From assembly GCA_951406725.2 (NCBI GenBank), contig OX597825.1:14508001-14572000 (forward strand): DNA of 64,000 nucleotides, in the 5' to 3' direction. The notes beneath the pieces were generated by a model. That model did not search any database. It was not told the origin of the DNA and worked only from the letters and a program-made list of their open reading frames with translations. Positions 41,463-55,372 of the stretch are shown here, in pieces (positions within the stretch are counted from its first letter, which is position 1; each line of letters starts with the position of its first letter). The position numbers were made by a program, and so were the translations under genes. The stretch comes from Octopus vulgaris. Lineage: Eukaryota.

Positions 41463-41679
41463 AATAACAACGACAACGACAACAACAACAACAAAAATAA
41501 TAATAATAATAATAATAATGATAATAACAACAACAACAATATTAATAATAATAATAATGATAATAATAATAGCAATAATGATAATAATAATAATAATATT
41601 AATGATAATAGTAATAATAATAACAGCAACAACAATATTAATAATAATAATAATAATGATAATAATAATAGCAATAATG

Positions 41680-41721
<42 letters not shown>

Positions 41722-41753
41722 TTAATGATAATAATAATAATAATAATAATAAC

Positions 41754-41793
<40 letters not shown>

Positions 41794-41822
41794 GCAACAA
41801 CAATATTAATAATAATAATAGC

Positions 41823-41874
<52 letters not shown>

Positions 41875-41882
41875 GCAACAAC
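41463..41882. repeat. (AAT)n microsatellite with higher-order repeated interruptions
   Basis: Direct reading; caacaacaatattaataat block recurs three times. Confidence 0.95.
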
Positions 41883-42768
41883 AAGCTCACCATCATCACC
41901 ATCATGAATGCTTGAAATTGGTATCTACTTTTTTTTTACTCTTTGATGTTTTTCGATACTCTCCCAAAGACAAATTTGTTATGGAGATCTCCTTGATAGA
42001 AGCACATATGCACAGTATGCCTTTCTCGCTCTCCGCCCAATGTATACATCTACATACATACTTTAGTGCTTTTCATAAGCATTTTAATCCATAAAGTCAC
42101 TTTTATTCTTGGCTATTCTCGTTCTCTTTCCCTCTCTGTATATTATTTTTTTTTACTTCTCTGTACACACACACACAAAGACACACGCACACACTCAGTC
42201 ACATACACATGCATACGTCGTACTATCAACGATATTCACGAAACTTGATCAGAAAACACTTGGTTGAAAAAGGTTATCTAACTCCAAACATTGCTTGACG
42301 CAAACATTATTCAAAAGAACTCTCATTCGATACAAAAAAAAAATCTTTGATATAAGGTCACCTTTATCAAACCACAATCATTGAAATTTGTATCTTGATA
42401 TCAAAGTTTTCAAGTAGGCATTCAATTCTAAAGTGAATATATCCTATATAACTTGCTGTAAAATATGTATTAACCCTGACGTGGAAACAAAACTATATCT
42501 ATAAAAAAAAATGATTTCATATATTTGCCTTCTAAAGGTTAAAATCTAACAAAGGCATGAGCAAATATCTTTATCATTGGGATCACCAAAATCATTTTTA
42601 AACATACATATTCATGACTTGGTTGTAAATTTTCAACCTTTCAAGATATTCATTCATAAAAATAAAGTATGGCGTATGAAACAAACTTTGGAAACTATGA
42701 TACGTCGCATACCATATATGTTTATCGTAAATTTCAAATGAAATTTAAAGAGGAATCGTGGATACAGA

Positions 42769-43177
42769 GGTGCAGGAGTGGCTGTGTGGTAAGTAACTTG
42801 CTTACCAGCCACATGGTTCCGGGTTCAGTCTGACTCCGTGGTATCTTGGGCAAGTGCCTTCTACTATAGCCTCGGGCCGACCATAGCCTTGTGAGTGGAT
42901 TTGGTAGACGGAAACTGAAAGAAGCTCGTCCTATATATGTATATATATATATGTGTGTGTGTGTGCGTATATGCTGTGTATCTGCATTTGTCCCCCCAAC
43001 ATCGCCTGACAACCGATGCTGGTGTGTTTACGTTCCTGTAACTTAGCGGTTCGGCAAAAGCGACCGATAGAAAAGTACTAGGCTTACAAAGTCCTGGGAG
43101 CTATATGATTCGACTAAAGGCGGTGCTTCACCATGGCCGCAGTCAAAAAGACTGAAAGTAGTAAAAAAGAGTAAGAG
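42769..43177 (+). mobile_element. SINE family A, full length
   Basis: Consensus match. Confidence 0.92.
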
Positions 43178-43382
43178 AGTAATCCTTCGACTATCGCAGG
43201 TGTTACATTCTAAAACTCACCGCGATAAGTGAAAACCGCGAAGTAGAAACAGTAATGTACTGTATTTTTTTTAATTGTTTTTTTTTATAATTTGTATATA
43301 TTATATTATAAATGGAAAACAACGCCACGGAGGATCCGATGTAAGCATAAATAATAAGCCGCGATATGGCGAGGAATTACTG
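43178..43382. mobile_element. pogo/Tigger-like MITE
   Basis: TIRs agtaatccttcgactatcgc / gcgatatggcgaggaattactg followed by TA. Confidence 0.75.
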
Positions 43383-43503
43383 TATATACACATACATAAA
43401 ACATACATATATATATAAACATTATCAAGATGACATAATTAAAATATGTGTGTTATCCAAACGCTAGAAGCTGTGCTATTTCTTCCGGAAGAAATCTTTT
43501 TAA

Positions 43504-43711
43504 CCTTTTTGATAGCAGTCCGCCTGAAACTGCCTCAAACGTCCAATTTTTAGATGTTCTGATTTAAAATCTTCCACCAAACCTTAGTTGTAGTTTATGT
43601 TCCTAACGCTAGCTTTATGATAACTAAGTTATTTTCCTAAATTCTTTGTTATATGTAAGATTAATTGAAAGAAATAGAGAGCATCTCAGCAGAAATGTGG
43701 TAACAAAAGGG
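43504..43711. mobile_element. piggyBac-like MITE
   Basis: TTAA|cctttttgatagc ... ggtaacaaaaggg|TTAA (imperfect TIR, TTAA TSD). Confidence 0.7.
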
Positions 43712-44269
43712 TTAAAGAAGTACAAACTTAAAAGAACTCAATATACTGTGAGCTAGGCGAAAGGTAATCGCCCCAGAGGTGAACACATTTCCAAAAGATA
43801 CCATCGAGAAATAACTTTAAACCTTCTTATGTATCATTCGTCCTTGCCTATGTAACGTATACAAAGATAAGACTTCAAACGTTACACATAGAGAAATGAA
43901 AGTTCGATAAAGTTACTAGAATATCTACAAAGCAAGGCATAACTGCAGTTTATCATGCATCAGAAAAAGTTGGTTTAAACTTTGATAGGGCACCCACTGA
44001 AGAATTATTGCGATATTAGAAATAGCAATCATGCAACACGTCATAGAAAGATTTTAATTGTATCCGTTGTTTGAGTCAGTCCTACGAAAGAAATCTTATG
44101 ATCAAACGAGTCCTGGCTATGTTTATTACATTTTCAAAACGAATTTTAGAGGGTCAAATAAACAGTATAATAAACAGTTTTAAATTAACAGCAATATCTT
44201 TAAAGGTGTTTCTGCATTTGTGTTGGCAGTAATTATACGATAGTAAGATACAGAGATGAAACGTCCATG

Positions 44270-44460
44270 ACGGTGTGCTGAAAAGTTCCTGGCTTTGGGT
44301 AAAAGGAAATAGAGGAGGGTCAGATAATTTTGATTATATTCAGCACATCACATCTCACATTCACACACTTATTGCAACGGTCCTTCAGTTTTTTTTTTAA
44401 GCTCCATGAAAGAACCTGAAATATTGCCGCTCCAACCAGGTCTTTCGCGACACCCTTAAA
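44270..44460 (-). mobile_element. mariner-family relic (TIR + transposase C-terminus)
   Basis: TIR-like acggtgtgctgaaaagttcctggctt; minus peptide KKLKDRCNKCVNVR resembles the mariner terminal R-W-x-K-C motif. Confidence 0.65.
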
Positions 44461-44786
44461 GTGAGGAATTTTCAGTAACCCCTCATAGATGCTGCGGATA
44501 ACTTTCATAATTTAAACGGACAGATGCCATTTCACGTTGAAATGGAGTTTGAATGTCATTTATGGCAAATGACTGAATTTGTGGCATTCACTACATATAT
44601 AATAATTAGCAAGGTTAAGTTCTAAGTTCGTGAGGTATATTTGGAAAACAAATGGAATGAGTTTGTGGGATGATTTTTTTTCCTTTCTTATACAACAAAG
44701 AAACATACAAAAAAATAAGTGAAATATACGACATCTTTTTCTACTAGTGCTCAGCAGCTCTGCATCTCCATTTGGCTTCCACTTCT

Positions 44787-44872
<86 letters not shown>

Positions 44873-46192
44873 TACATATGTAAGTATGTGTGTGTATGTG
44901 TGTGCAAGTATGTGCATATATTTGTATAGAAGAATGCTTGAATGCATACACACACAGTGATATATATATATATATACGCAATAAATATGATATTATGTGC
45001 GTGCTTGTCGGTTTATGTATATGTGTACGTGAGTGTGTATACTGAGAGAAAGAGGGGAGGAGCGAGAGAGTGTGAGAGAGAGAAAGTTGGCGAGAGGGAA
45101 ATCATTTTTCAAAACTTACATAGATTGTAACTGTTTTAACTAGATTATTTTAAAGTTTCCGAACCTCAAATCGCATAGAAGAAAACTATAGTTGATATTA
45201 TTAAGGAAAAAAAAGAAAGAAAGAAAGAGAAAGAGGCAAATTAAAAGAAAACTGAATTTTTTTTATAGTTTGTTTCTTTTCCTAAGAGCTCAAAAGACAT
45301 GGGTTAATTGACGGCAAACATAGCAGAGGTTTTAAACAGAATTAGCTGACGTCACGCCAGTGTAACAGTTGGGAATAGCAGGCTTTATTGACTGTTTTGC
45401 ACAAAGACACATATACACGTACACATATATGCAAACACACAACCACGGACACACTCAGTAAAAGAACAACAAAAACAATTATCCGTTAAGTCAGTATTTG
45501 TTCTTACATTAACCTTAAATTGCTTACAATATCCACTATTGGAAATATAATTAGATTAGAAGCTTTATATTTTCTTTTCCTTTCACTGCAAGTGACAGAG
45601 GATTTGCAGTTAATCCTCCAATCACATGGGTTTTGTTGTCTCTTGGGCAAGGATAATTCTTCGAAAGGAAGCCCATTTACTCCAGTTCATATAGTACACA
45701 CACGCCACATTCAACCCATTTTTGTAATTCCTGTTTGTCTGAGAAACGTTATCCTCTTACTGGCATTTGTAATGATAGAGTTTAGCCGTAACCGATTCAA
45801 CATCACACGTGAAGAAGAAAGAAAACAAAGAAATCTATTGAGCTTCTGGCCTTCTACTCGCATCATACTGATGTGGAAATAAAATATAGATTCACTCTAA
45901 CGTCATTCGATGTAAAAGAAATAATAGCCAAATCTCCAGCAACCCAGGTGGTGACTTATTCTTTTCTGACAGGCGGTCGATGGCTGCATAATTTTAGTCT
46001 GTGTGTGAGTATATGTAAATGTATACATATGCATATGTGTTTGTGTATCATGTGTGTGCGTGTGTATGCGAGATTGTGTGTGTATATATATTTATATCCA
46101 TTTGTCTATGAATGTAAATATATAGATATACTGTTTATACATAAATATCCATCTCTCTCTCTATATATATACACACACACATAAATATATAT

Positions 46193-46561
46193 AGGAGTGG
46201 CTGTGTGGTAAGTAGCTTGTTTACCAACCACATGGTTCCGGGTTCATTCCCACTGCGTGGCACCTTGGGCAAGTGTCTTCTACTATAGCCTCAGGCCGAC
46301 CAAAGCCTTGTGAGTGGATTTGTAGACGGAAACTGAAAGAAGCCCGTCGTATATATGTATATATATGCGTGTGTGTGTTTGTGTGTATGTGTTTGTCCCC
46401 TAGCATTGCTTGACAACCGATGCTGGTGTGTTTATGTCCCGTTACTTAGCGGTTCGGCAAAAGAGACCGATAGAATAAGTACTGGGCTTACAAAGAATAA
46501 GTCCCGGTGTCGAGTTGCTCGTGTGGTGTGTGCAGTCAAATGACTGAAACAAGTAAAAGAG

Positions 46562-46562
<1 letters not shown>
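46193..46562 (+). mobile_element. SINE family A
   Basis: Consensus match, small 3' deletion. Confidence 0.92.
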
Positions 46563-46592
<30 letters not shown>

Positions 46593-46596
46593 ATAA

Positions 46597-46688
46597 ATAA
46601 GTATATTTGCCACTTAAATGTGGCTAACCACTAAGGGTGGATGCATCCACCCTTAGTGGTTAGCCACATTTAAGTGGCAAATATACTT

Positions 46689-46690
<2 letters not shown>
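46597..46690. repeat. Perfect 94-bp spacerless palindrome
   Basis: 47-bp arm ataagtatatttgccacttaaatgtggctaaccactaagggtggatg followed directly by its exact reverse complement. Confidence 0.97.
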
Positions 46691-46761
<71 letters not shown>

Positions 46762-47012
46762 ATGTATGTATATCAGTTGAATAAAGATAAAACATGGTCT
46801 TGTTTTACGTTTTTTTATTATGGTATTTTAACATTAAAAAATATTTTGAAATGCTCATAAAGTTTGGAACGTTCTCCAAGAACTCATCGGTCAGTTAAAC
46901 ACATTTGAAATTTCATGATTACAGTATGTATGAAAGCGCTAATTTAACTTTATTCAACTGATGTATTATTCTTTAAATATTCACAAAAATTGGAAACTCT
47001 CCCCTTCTCTCT

Positions 47013-47084
<72 letters not shown>

Positions 47085-47976
47085 ATGTGTGTGTGTATGC
47101 GTGTGTGTGTCTGTGTGTGTGTTTGTGTGTGTAATTGAATAGGATTTTTATATTATGAATGACGAGTTTGCGTTTTCATCCAAAATGGAGACGAACAACA
47201 TTCCTCTATGTGATCGACTTGAAAAATTGTTATTCGAAAGAGCATTCATTTGTTAGAGATTCTTCTCTGTATTTCCTTTAAATTTTTGGCAAATATTTGG
47301 ATGTTTAATCGTATGTCAACAAAAAAATATTTATGTAGAATATTTTAATTTGCTTGAAGCAATGTTAAGAAAAATATGCGAGAGTAAAAACAGACTACAA
47401 TACTGTTAAATGAATAAAGGAAATCGTATTCAATATTTCAGTCACAAAAAGCCCTAACAGTGAATAGAAATGTCACGGGGAAACAAGATGTAGAAGTAGA
47501 CATAACATATAGACTTTATAACAATGGACAAAAAAAACAAAGAATTATTTTTATGAAAAACCTTGAAGTTTAAACGTTAGTAGTTAAGCAACCAATGAGA
47601 AAAAAAAAGACTACTCATGGTTGTACAGAAGCTCTGGTTGCAGGCATTTCATGAGGATGTACTATCTTTTTTCTTTTAGATTCCTGTATGTATCCATCGG
47701 CGGTATTGCTCGTGACTGATTTTAATAACAAGGTATTTGTGCAAATATTCTTGTTGCTCTAAAAAGCTCCTGTAAACTCGTATATTATAACGTAAATGTA
47801 TAACATGTAGATAATGCAACCGATAATGAAATTGCGTCAATTAAATATAAACTCTACAACCAACCAACCAACAATGTGTTGAATGGAATGTAACCAATTC
47901 CGGGCTCTTGAAATCGGAGTTACTATTGACTAGAGGTTTATCTGATCAACTATTTGAAAATATATTATGTAAAAAC

Positions 47977-48370
47977 GCGCAGGAGTGGCTGTGTGGTAAG
48001 TAGCTTGCTAAACAACCACATGGTTCCGGGTTCAGTCCAACTGCGTGGCATCTTGGGCAAGTGTCTTCTGCTATAGCCCCGGGTCGACCAATGCCTTGTG
48101 AGTGGATTTGGTAGACGGAAACTGAAAGAAGCCCGTCGTATATATGTATATATGTATATATGTATGTGTGTGTGTGTGTGTCTGTGTTTGTCCCCCTACC
48201 ATTGCTTGACAACCGATGCTAGTGTGTTTACGTCCCCGTAACTTAGCGGTTCGGCAAAATAGAACGATAGAATAAGTACTAGGCTTACAGAGAAGAAGCC
48301 CTGGGGTTTGCTCGACTAAAGGCGGTGCTCCAGCATGGCCGCAGTCAAATGACTGAAGCAAGTAAATGAA
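47977..48370 (+). mobile_element. tRNA-derived SINE family A, full length (reference copy)
   Basis: A box tggctgtgtggt, B box ggttcagtcc, CORE-like ttgggcaagtgtctt, internal (TA)(TG) tract, 3' ccagcatggccgcagtcaaatgactga. Confidence 0.93.
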
Positions 48371-49578
48371 AGTAATGCTACAAAGGCTGAAGGATATAAT
48401 GTGATGTGCTAGGATCATTGCTCGCCTTCTTAATCCCCTATCGGAAGTACCAAACACTCATTTAAACACGGAAAAGATTTCTCATTATCAATGCAAATAA
48501 ATAAAATTCATTCGAGAAATGCATTAAATGGTTACACATGTCCGCAATCAGGTTTGTCAACAAATCAGAATTCCTCTTAATACACGATTATTATTAATCG
48601 GTTTAGAATTAAGTCTTATATGTTCCATTATCCAATGAGGTTATATGTTTCATTAACCCCAATCTTTTCTTACCTTGTTGGAAAAGTTTCGATTAAGAGT
48701 TTATTCAAATATACTTTATTCATCCACATCATTAAGTTGTAACAACGTTTCCAAATACCATAACTTTTGACAAAAGATATCTTTACTGAACTTTGAATGA
48801 ATATCATGTGGAGAAGTACTACATGTTGCCCCGAGTAAAACGATAAAATTGGCTTGCAAATAAATAACTCATAAAATTACAAATCATACTAACTGAATAA
48901 TTCTAATATTAGGGTATATATTTCCATCAATAATCTTGTATTTCTATCTCAACTATTTTGACGAGCACGGGGAGCAATGCCTGGTTATTCATTTTTAGTT
49001 GCTAATCTATGCTCGTATATTAATCTTCTTTATATATCAGTCCTACAGAGAGATACATATAACAAAACAAAATTAAGTTTCCAATTCAAACATTAAAACT
49101 CATATATAAATGTGTGTGGCAGTGTAGCTATATTTATATCATTATCCATTGCCAAATTCATGTTTTATTATGTAAATGTTTGAAAGTATAATGCCGAATA
49201 TATTTTATATTCAGAACTCAAATATTGATTTTGACATTTAGTTATGTGATGTGAATCACCAATCATGTAGGTAGCTATTCTACATTTAAACTACAAATCA
49301 ATTCAAAATTTTTATCCGCAAAATAGATGTAAAATTAGTTTAGAGAATTAAAACTAACTCAATGTGGGCGCTCAACCCTAGAATAAATTATATTACGAGA
49401 ACAATGCATGATAAATTACCATCCGAACTATTTGGACTGGAATACTATATACATAGCGCTGCCAGTAAAGCTTCCTAGACTAAGATGTCGAGTTGCCTAA
49501 CGTGCAATCCGTTAAAATTGGTAGATGCAAACTACGTAAGTCTATCATAGGAACGCATGGGAATATTTACATATATAC

Positions 49579-49656
<78 letters not shown>

Positions 49657-49675
49657 GTGTGTAGAGCGAGAGAGA

Positions 49676-49807
49676 GGCACCTAGCATAGCTGTGTGGTAA
49701 GACCCTTGCTTCCCAACCCTGTGGACTCGGGTACTTCTGCTATAGCCTCGGGCCCATTAAAGCCTACTGAGTGGATTTGATGAACGGACACAGAAAGCAG
49801 CCTGTCT

Positions 49808-49808
<1 letters not shown>
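49676..49808 (+). mobile_element. SINE family A head, internally deleted
   Basis: gctgtgtggtaag...cttctgctatagcctcgggcc...gagtggatttg. Confidence 0.7.
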
Positions 49809-49889
<81 letters not shown>

Positions 49890-49890
<1 letters not shown>

Positions 49891-50140
49891 AATGTAGGAT
49901 AAAATATTTTTCCGAAAAAAAATGTTATCAATGGCCAGCATTTTAAAAAATACCTTTAAAGGTTAAAATTATAAACAACTTATAAATAAGGGCAACAGAA
50001 AAAATTTATAATGCCAAATATACCGAAATTGGAACTATTGTCCATAACCATATAATTTTTCACAATACGCACGTTACTCGAAAAAAGGCATATTTGGCAT
50101 TAGAAATCTTTTCGTTTGCCCTTATTTATAAGTTGATTAT
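49890..50140. mobile_element. Rearranged fold-back relative of the 8911-9300 element, in (TA)n
   Basis: 49890-49975 resembles the reverse complement of 9215-9300; arms at 49976-50025 and 50087-50135 match 8911-8958 in both orientations. Confidence 0.8.
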
Positions 50141-50384
50141 ATATATATGAAGCAAGATATAAACTGTGGTCATTACATGTTTTTGTTAATTGCAGTAAAT
50201 TTTTCTTACAGTTGTTTCCGGTTATCATTATAGTATTATAGGTACATTATTGATATGTTTACTCAGTTGGTCTATTGATCCGTTGAGAAAAATTGGACAA
50301 CCTAAATAGCTAATCTTTCGTCAGTCACACACACACACACACATATATATACACACACATACATATACACACGCATACATGGGG

Positions 50385-50582
50385 GGGGGGGCAAACACAG
50401 ACACACAAACATATACACACACATACATATATACGACGAGCTTCTTTCAGTTCCCGTCTACCAAATCCACTCACAAGGCTTTGGTCGGCCCGAGGCTCTA
50501 GTAGAAGTCACTTGCCCAAGGTGTCATGCAAAACCATGTGGTTGGTAAGCAAGCTACTTACCACACAGCCACTCCTACGCCT
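50385..50582 (-). mobile_element. SINE family A, 5' half
   Basis: Reverse complement of consensus. Confidence 0.85.
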
Positions 50583-51384
50583 AAACATGAATATATGTTT
50601 AATATTATGTAACATAAACACATATGAATATCTAAGCGGACATAGTATGTGTTTGAATGTTTGAGTGCGTGTACGTGTGTGCACGTGCTTACATATGAGT
50701 AGCTGACAGTAAAATTTCTATATTACAAGTTTGAATTACGTTGTTGAAATGTATTGCAGAGGGTCTACATCCTTTCAGGCTCACCCCAGTTTACTCTTCA
50801 TGTCTTACAATTTCGCTGAAAGTAACAAAAAGTAATAGACAAAACAATGCGGCTCATTGAAAGGTTTTAATCGATATATTCAATTAATACCTTGGAAGAC
50901 GTTGCTCCACACTTGACTGCCACCCGTAAAAACTAAAAAAGAAAAGAGAAAAGAATAACGCTAAAGTAATGCACTAGAATCAAATCATTGTGATTAAATT
51001 AGCATAAATAAATGCATAAGATACACTTTAAGATACTTTTCAAGCGTAATGAGCCAAATACTGAATAGGTTTCTGAAGATATATGTTAGCACATACATCA
51101 CCGGTCTCTAAATTTATTACAGCCTTTATATAAAATCATTGGTTTTGCTAAATTTACAATTGAATATATTTGCATATTGTTTCACGATATAACAAATAAT
51201 AAATCTATTTAGACAGGGAATTTGCATTAATAAAAACAGAAAAAATCTGCCCCAGTAACCGACGATAGACGGCAAAACATTAAAATCGATGGTTCAGGAT
51301 AACTTTATAAACTTAGACATTCTTATTTATCTGGAACTTTGAGATGTGAGAAATTTTAGATTATACTCGTACATCTGCAAGTAT

Positions 51385-52243
51385 GAATATATTGCTAAAA
51401 TTGCCAAGAAGGCTGAGGGTGTCTTGGCATCACTTACCAAGTCCTTTGTGAGCCGCTCTCCGGCTATCTATCTGAGGCTTTATAAAGCTATGGTGCGGCC
51501 TCACCTGGAATTTGCATCACCCGTCTGGAACCCCTATCTTGCCCAGGATATTAATCGTCTGGAAACTGTTCAGTGACGTGCAACTAAGAGAATACCCTCC
51601 ATCAGGCATTTGCCATATTCTGAACGCCTTATCTCCCTGGGCATGGATACGTTGAAATTCCGACGTCTGGCAGCTGACTTGGCAGACACCCATAAAATTA
51701 TTAACCATCTTACCAACAATAACTCTGAGTACTTTTTCAAACTCCACCTGTCTAACACCCGTGGAGATGTTTACAAAGTCAGAAAACAGCACAGCTCCCA
51801 TGACATTCGGAAACATTTTTTTCACGCTAAGAGTTGCTGAAGTATGGAACAAACTGCCGACAACAGTTGTTAGTTGTCGGAGCACTGCATCCTTCAAAAC
51901 TTCCATGCTTCCTGACATTCGCCATTACAAAGTCAGAAGACAGTACAGCTCTCATGACTTTCGGAAAAAATTGTTCACGCTAAGAGTTGCTGAAGCATGG
52001 AATAAACTACCGGCATCAGTTGTTAGTTGTCGGAGCACTGCATCCTTCAAAACTTCCATGCTTCCTGAGATACGCCAACACTACACCTGATTTTCTCCCC
52101 TCCATACACACACACACGCATTTATCTGAATCATACACTGTTCACTTCCCAGATATTTGTACATTGAGGCACATAATTAATCTACACTTTTGACAAATTG
52201 TGGTGCACCTGAGCACTGTATACAATAATTTCATTATTATTAA
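51385..52243 (+). mobile_element. CR1-clade LINE, 5'-truncated ORF2 C-terminus + 3' UTR
   Basis: LYKAMVRPHLEFASPVWNPYL, LETVQ*RATKRIP, YSERLISLG, FFTLRVAEVWNKLP; (ATT)n tail; stop, frameshift and a 154-bp tandem duplication. Confidence 0.92.
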
Positions 52244-52825
52244 TATAACTAGTATTAGTTACAAATCTTCGACATGAAATTTTCTGATGTAAAAGCGATA
52301 CGAATTTTAATGTTCTACTTCTCCGTATGAGCTTAGTTAAACTTGTAAATCTCTGTTCTGAGAAGGTTCAATGCATTTTATATTGCGAATGGATGGCGAT
52401 TTCCTCCATCGTTGCTTCGATTGATTCATTATTAATTTTGTACTCATGAACCATTAAACAAATATATCGATGTGTACCATCAACTTATGCCTCAATTCCG
52501 TAATAATACCGAGATTGTACTAATAGTGTCATATGATAACGTAATTATCAAATTATTGGTTTGAAAGTTACGAAGAAATTGATTTGAAACTCATTCAGGC
52601 TTTCTACGTCTAGATTTATCTTCTCTCTATCCCGGTCTTTCCGTCTCTATCTTTCTCACTCTCTCTCTCTCTCTCCCTCTCGCTCCTACCTTCCTTCCTT
52701 CCTTTCATTTTGTATATTTAGTTATATTATTACACATAACCAACCCCGTAGCTATCTCAATGTTGAACTATGTTATCATAATTGTCGTCCACGTCGACCC
52801 CACCACCATCTACTCCAGCAGCAGC

Positions 52826-53030
52826 TGCCGTCAAAGAATTTGGACCTGGAGATCTCCATTTCCAGCGACTTCGCGGGCCACCTCCCAGTGGTGTCGGGCC
52901 TCAACGAAGAGCCCTCGACTACAAGACGGCCAAAGTTTTTTCTTTTTTCTCCAAGGTCTGGGGTCTTCCACTCCTAAGCCCTAGACCATCACCTAATCAC
53001 CCTTACCCGTCTTGTTGCTTAACAACAGCA
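52826..53030. repeat. Structured interspersed repeat, copy 2
   Basis: Colinear with 29210-29410. Confidence 0.9.
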
Positions 53031-53254
53031 ACAACAACAACCAGCAGCAGCGCCATCGTTATTAACATCATCATCAACATGATCATCCTCATCATCATGA
53101 TCATCATGATCATCATGATCATCATCATCACCATCGTCGTCGTCATCATCATCCTTAAAGTCACATAGCCATCATCGTCGAAAGCGCCATTGTTGCCAGT
53201 TCACGTCAGACGTCATGAAAACTCGTTAGTACAGAGAATTTGGTATAATGCTAT

Positions 53255-53503
53255 ACTGACTCGGGCGTTGTGAGTGTTTAATGAGCGAAAACACCTAAAG
53301 CTCCACGAGGCTCCTTCAGGTGGGTGGCGGCGATCCCTGCTGTATTCTTTTGCCACAACTTTCTCTCATTCTTTCTTCTGTTGGCCTGCTCGCTTAACCA
53401 GCGGGGTGGCGTCATTTGACGGCTAAAACAATGCGAAGCGCATTGTGACCAGAGATGTGAAACAACATCTGATACCATGGTCGGTCACGGTGATCACGGT
53501 GAT
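53255..53503. repeat. Unclassified interspersed repeat (fragment also at 35469-35545)
   Basis: Shared agcggggtKgcgtcatttga...tgaccag...caacatctgat...tcggtcac; left end uncertain. Confidence 0.6.
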
Positions 53504-54651
53504 ATATATAGATATAGATACATACATACATACATACATACATACATAGACAGACATGTATGTATATATGCATATATATATATGAATGTCTATAATCTGT
53601 TTATTAGAAGGGTAATTCATAAAGTATTGTTCATATTCTGTGTATTAATACTTCAATGCGTACGAGAATTATCTACCTTTAGCTATCGGTCCACTTGATA
53701 TACTTTGCTTGGCAGCCAATTTTGTAATTATTAAATTGTTTTGGTTTGATATTAGGATATATTCTTTGAAGCAAGAGCACCTCAGAATCGGGAAACATAT
53801 TAGGAATTCTTAATAACAAATACGTACGAACTAAGAAACGATATGTAAGAAGTCTATAAATTTCCATACGAATAGCTAAGCGAAATGAAAACGCATGGTT
53901 GAGAGTATTGCCGCTCTCAGCTTCTTCATATTTCTTCCGAATTCTATATTTCAGGCCTTCATTTATGTATTTCTTTTCTCAGTAGAAAAAAATCTATTCA
54001 GTTTGCATCCATTTACATAATTTTATTCAAGACGATAGTTAAGAGCAACGGTAAGGAACTGGAAGGAGTCAGTTACACTATTCCAGTTTTACTTCGCCAT
54101 ATTCTCACTCTGTTTCACTCCAAATACGATAAAATGTATATCCAATGCCGAACAGTCTATTCATATCCGATAATACTACTTCCCTATAAAATACCACGAA
54201 GTGACGATGCAAGAAATAGTCACGCCATTCAATTTCTTCAATAATTCTTTCATTTATTTATCAAAGAAATATTTTCTTTTATGAAGATTACGCCGCATTA
54301 CAAAAACCTCTAAGGTTTCCAAATATGAAACGTATATATGAATACTTCATTCTTTAAGAAGCACTTCGTATGAATATTTTGAGATTCCATTCAAATGTTT
54401 CGGTAACCAGGTGATTTACTTCCTGGGAATAGATCACAACGGCTCAGATGCAATAGAAGAGATCAATAGTTTCATTTGGGAGAATGTTCTAAAATTGTCC
54501 AACGCTGAACAAACAAAAAGAAAAGAAAAAAATATCAAATGTAAAGAAACAATACACAGAAATAGCAAATAATTTAATATCAAAAATAATTTGCTTCATG
54601 TGTCCTGTAGCAAGGTTTTGTCCAGCCGCACAGACAAAAGAGAATTCATAT

Positions 54652-54654
<3 letters not shown>

Positions 54655-54704
<50 letters not shown>

Positions 54705-55003
54705 CACACACACACACACACACAGTGGGGCAACGCACGTAGAAGCATCCACCCAAACACACAAACAAAAAGAAGCATATACGCACTCGTATAAAGATGA
54801 ACTGGGAAGTTTCTGCATTTCTGTGTCGGCACATATAGAGACATAAACGAGCGCGTATATATGTGAACGTAGGAGAATGTATACATGTCTCTCACTCGCA
54901 CTAGCTCTCCTCTCTCTCTCCACTCTCTCCCTCAGTCTTACTCTCTCTCTCTCACACACTCTCTATGCATGTATATATATGTAAGTATGTATGTATGTAT
55001 ATA

Positions 55004-55071
<68 letters not shown>

Positions 55072-55172
55072 TATATATATATATATACAAATATTTATAT
55101 ATATTATATTGATTTATATATAAATACACACATATATAGATACAAAAATCTATATTTTATTATATACATATA

Positions 55173-55223
<51 letters not shown>

Positions 55224-55263
55224 TATATATAGATATAGATAGATACATATACATACATAAATC

Positions 55264-55304
<41 letters not shown>

Positions 55305-55305
55305 T

Positions 55306-55372
<67 letters not shown>

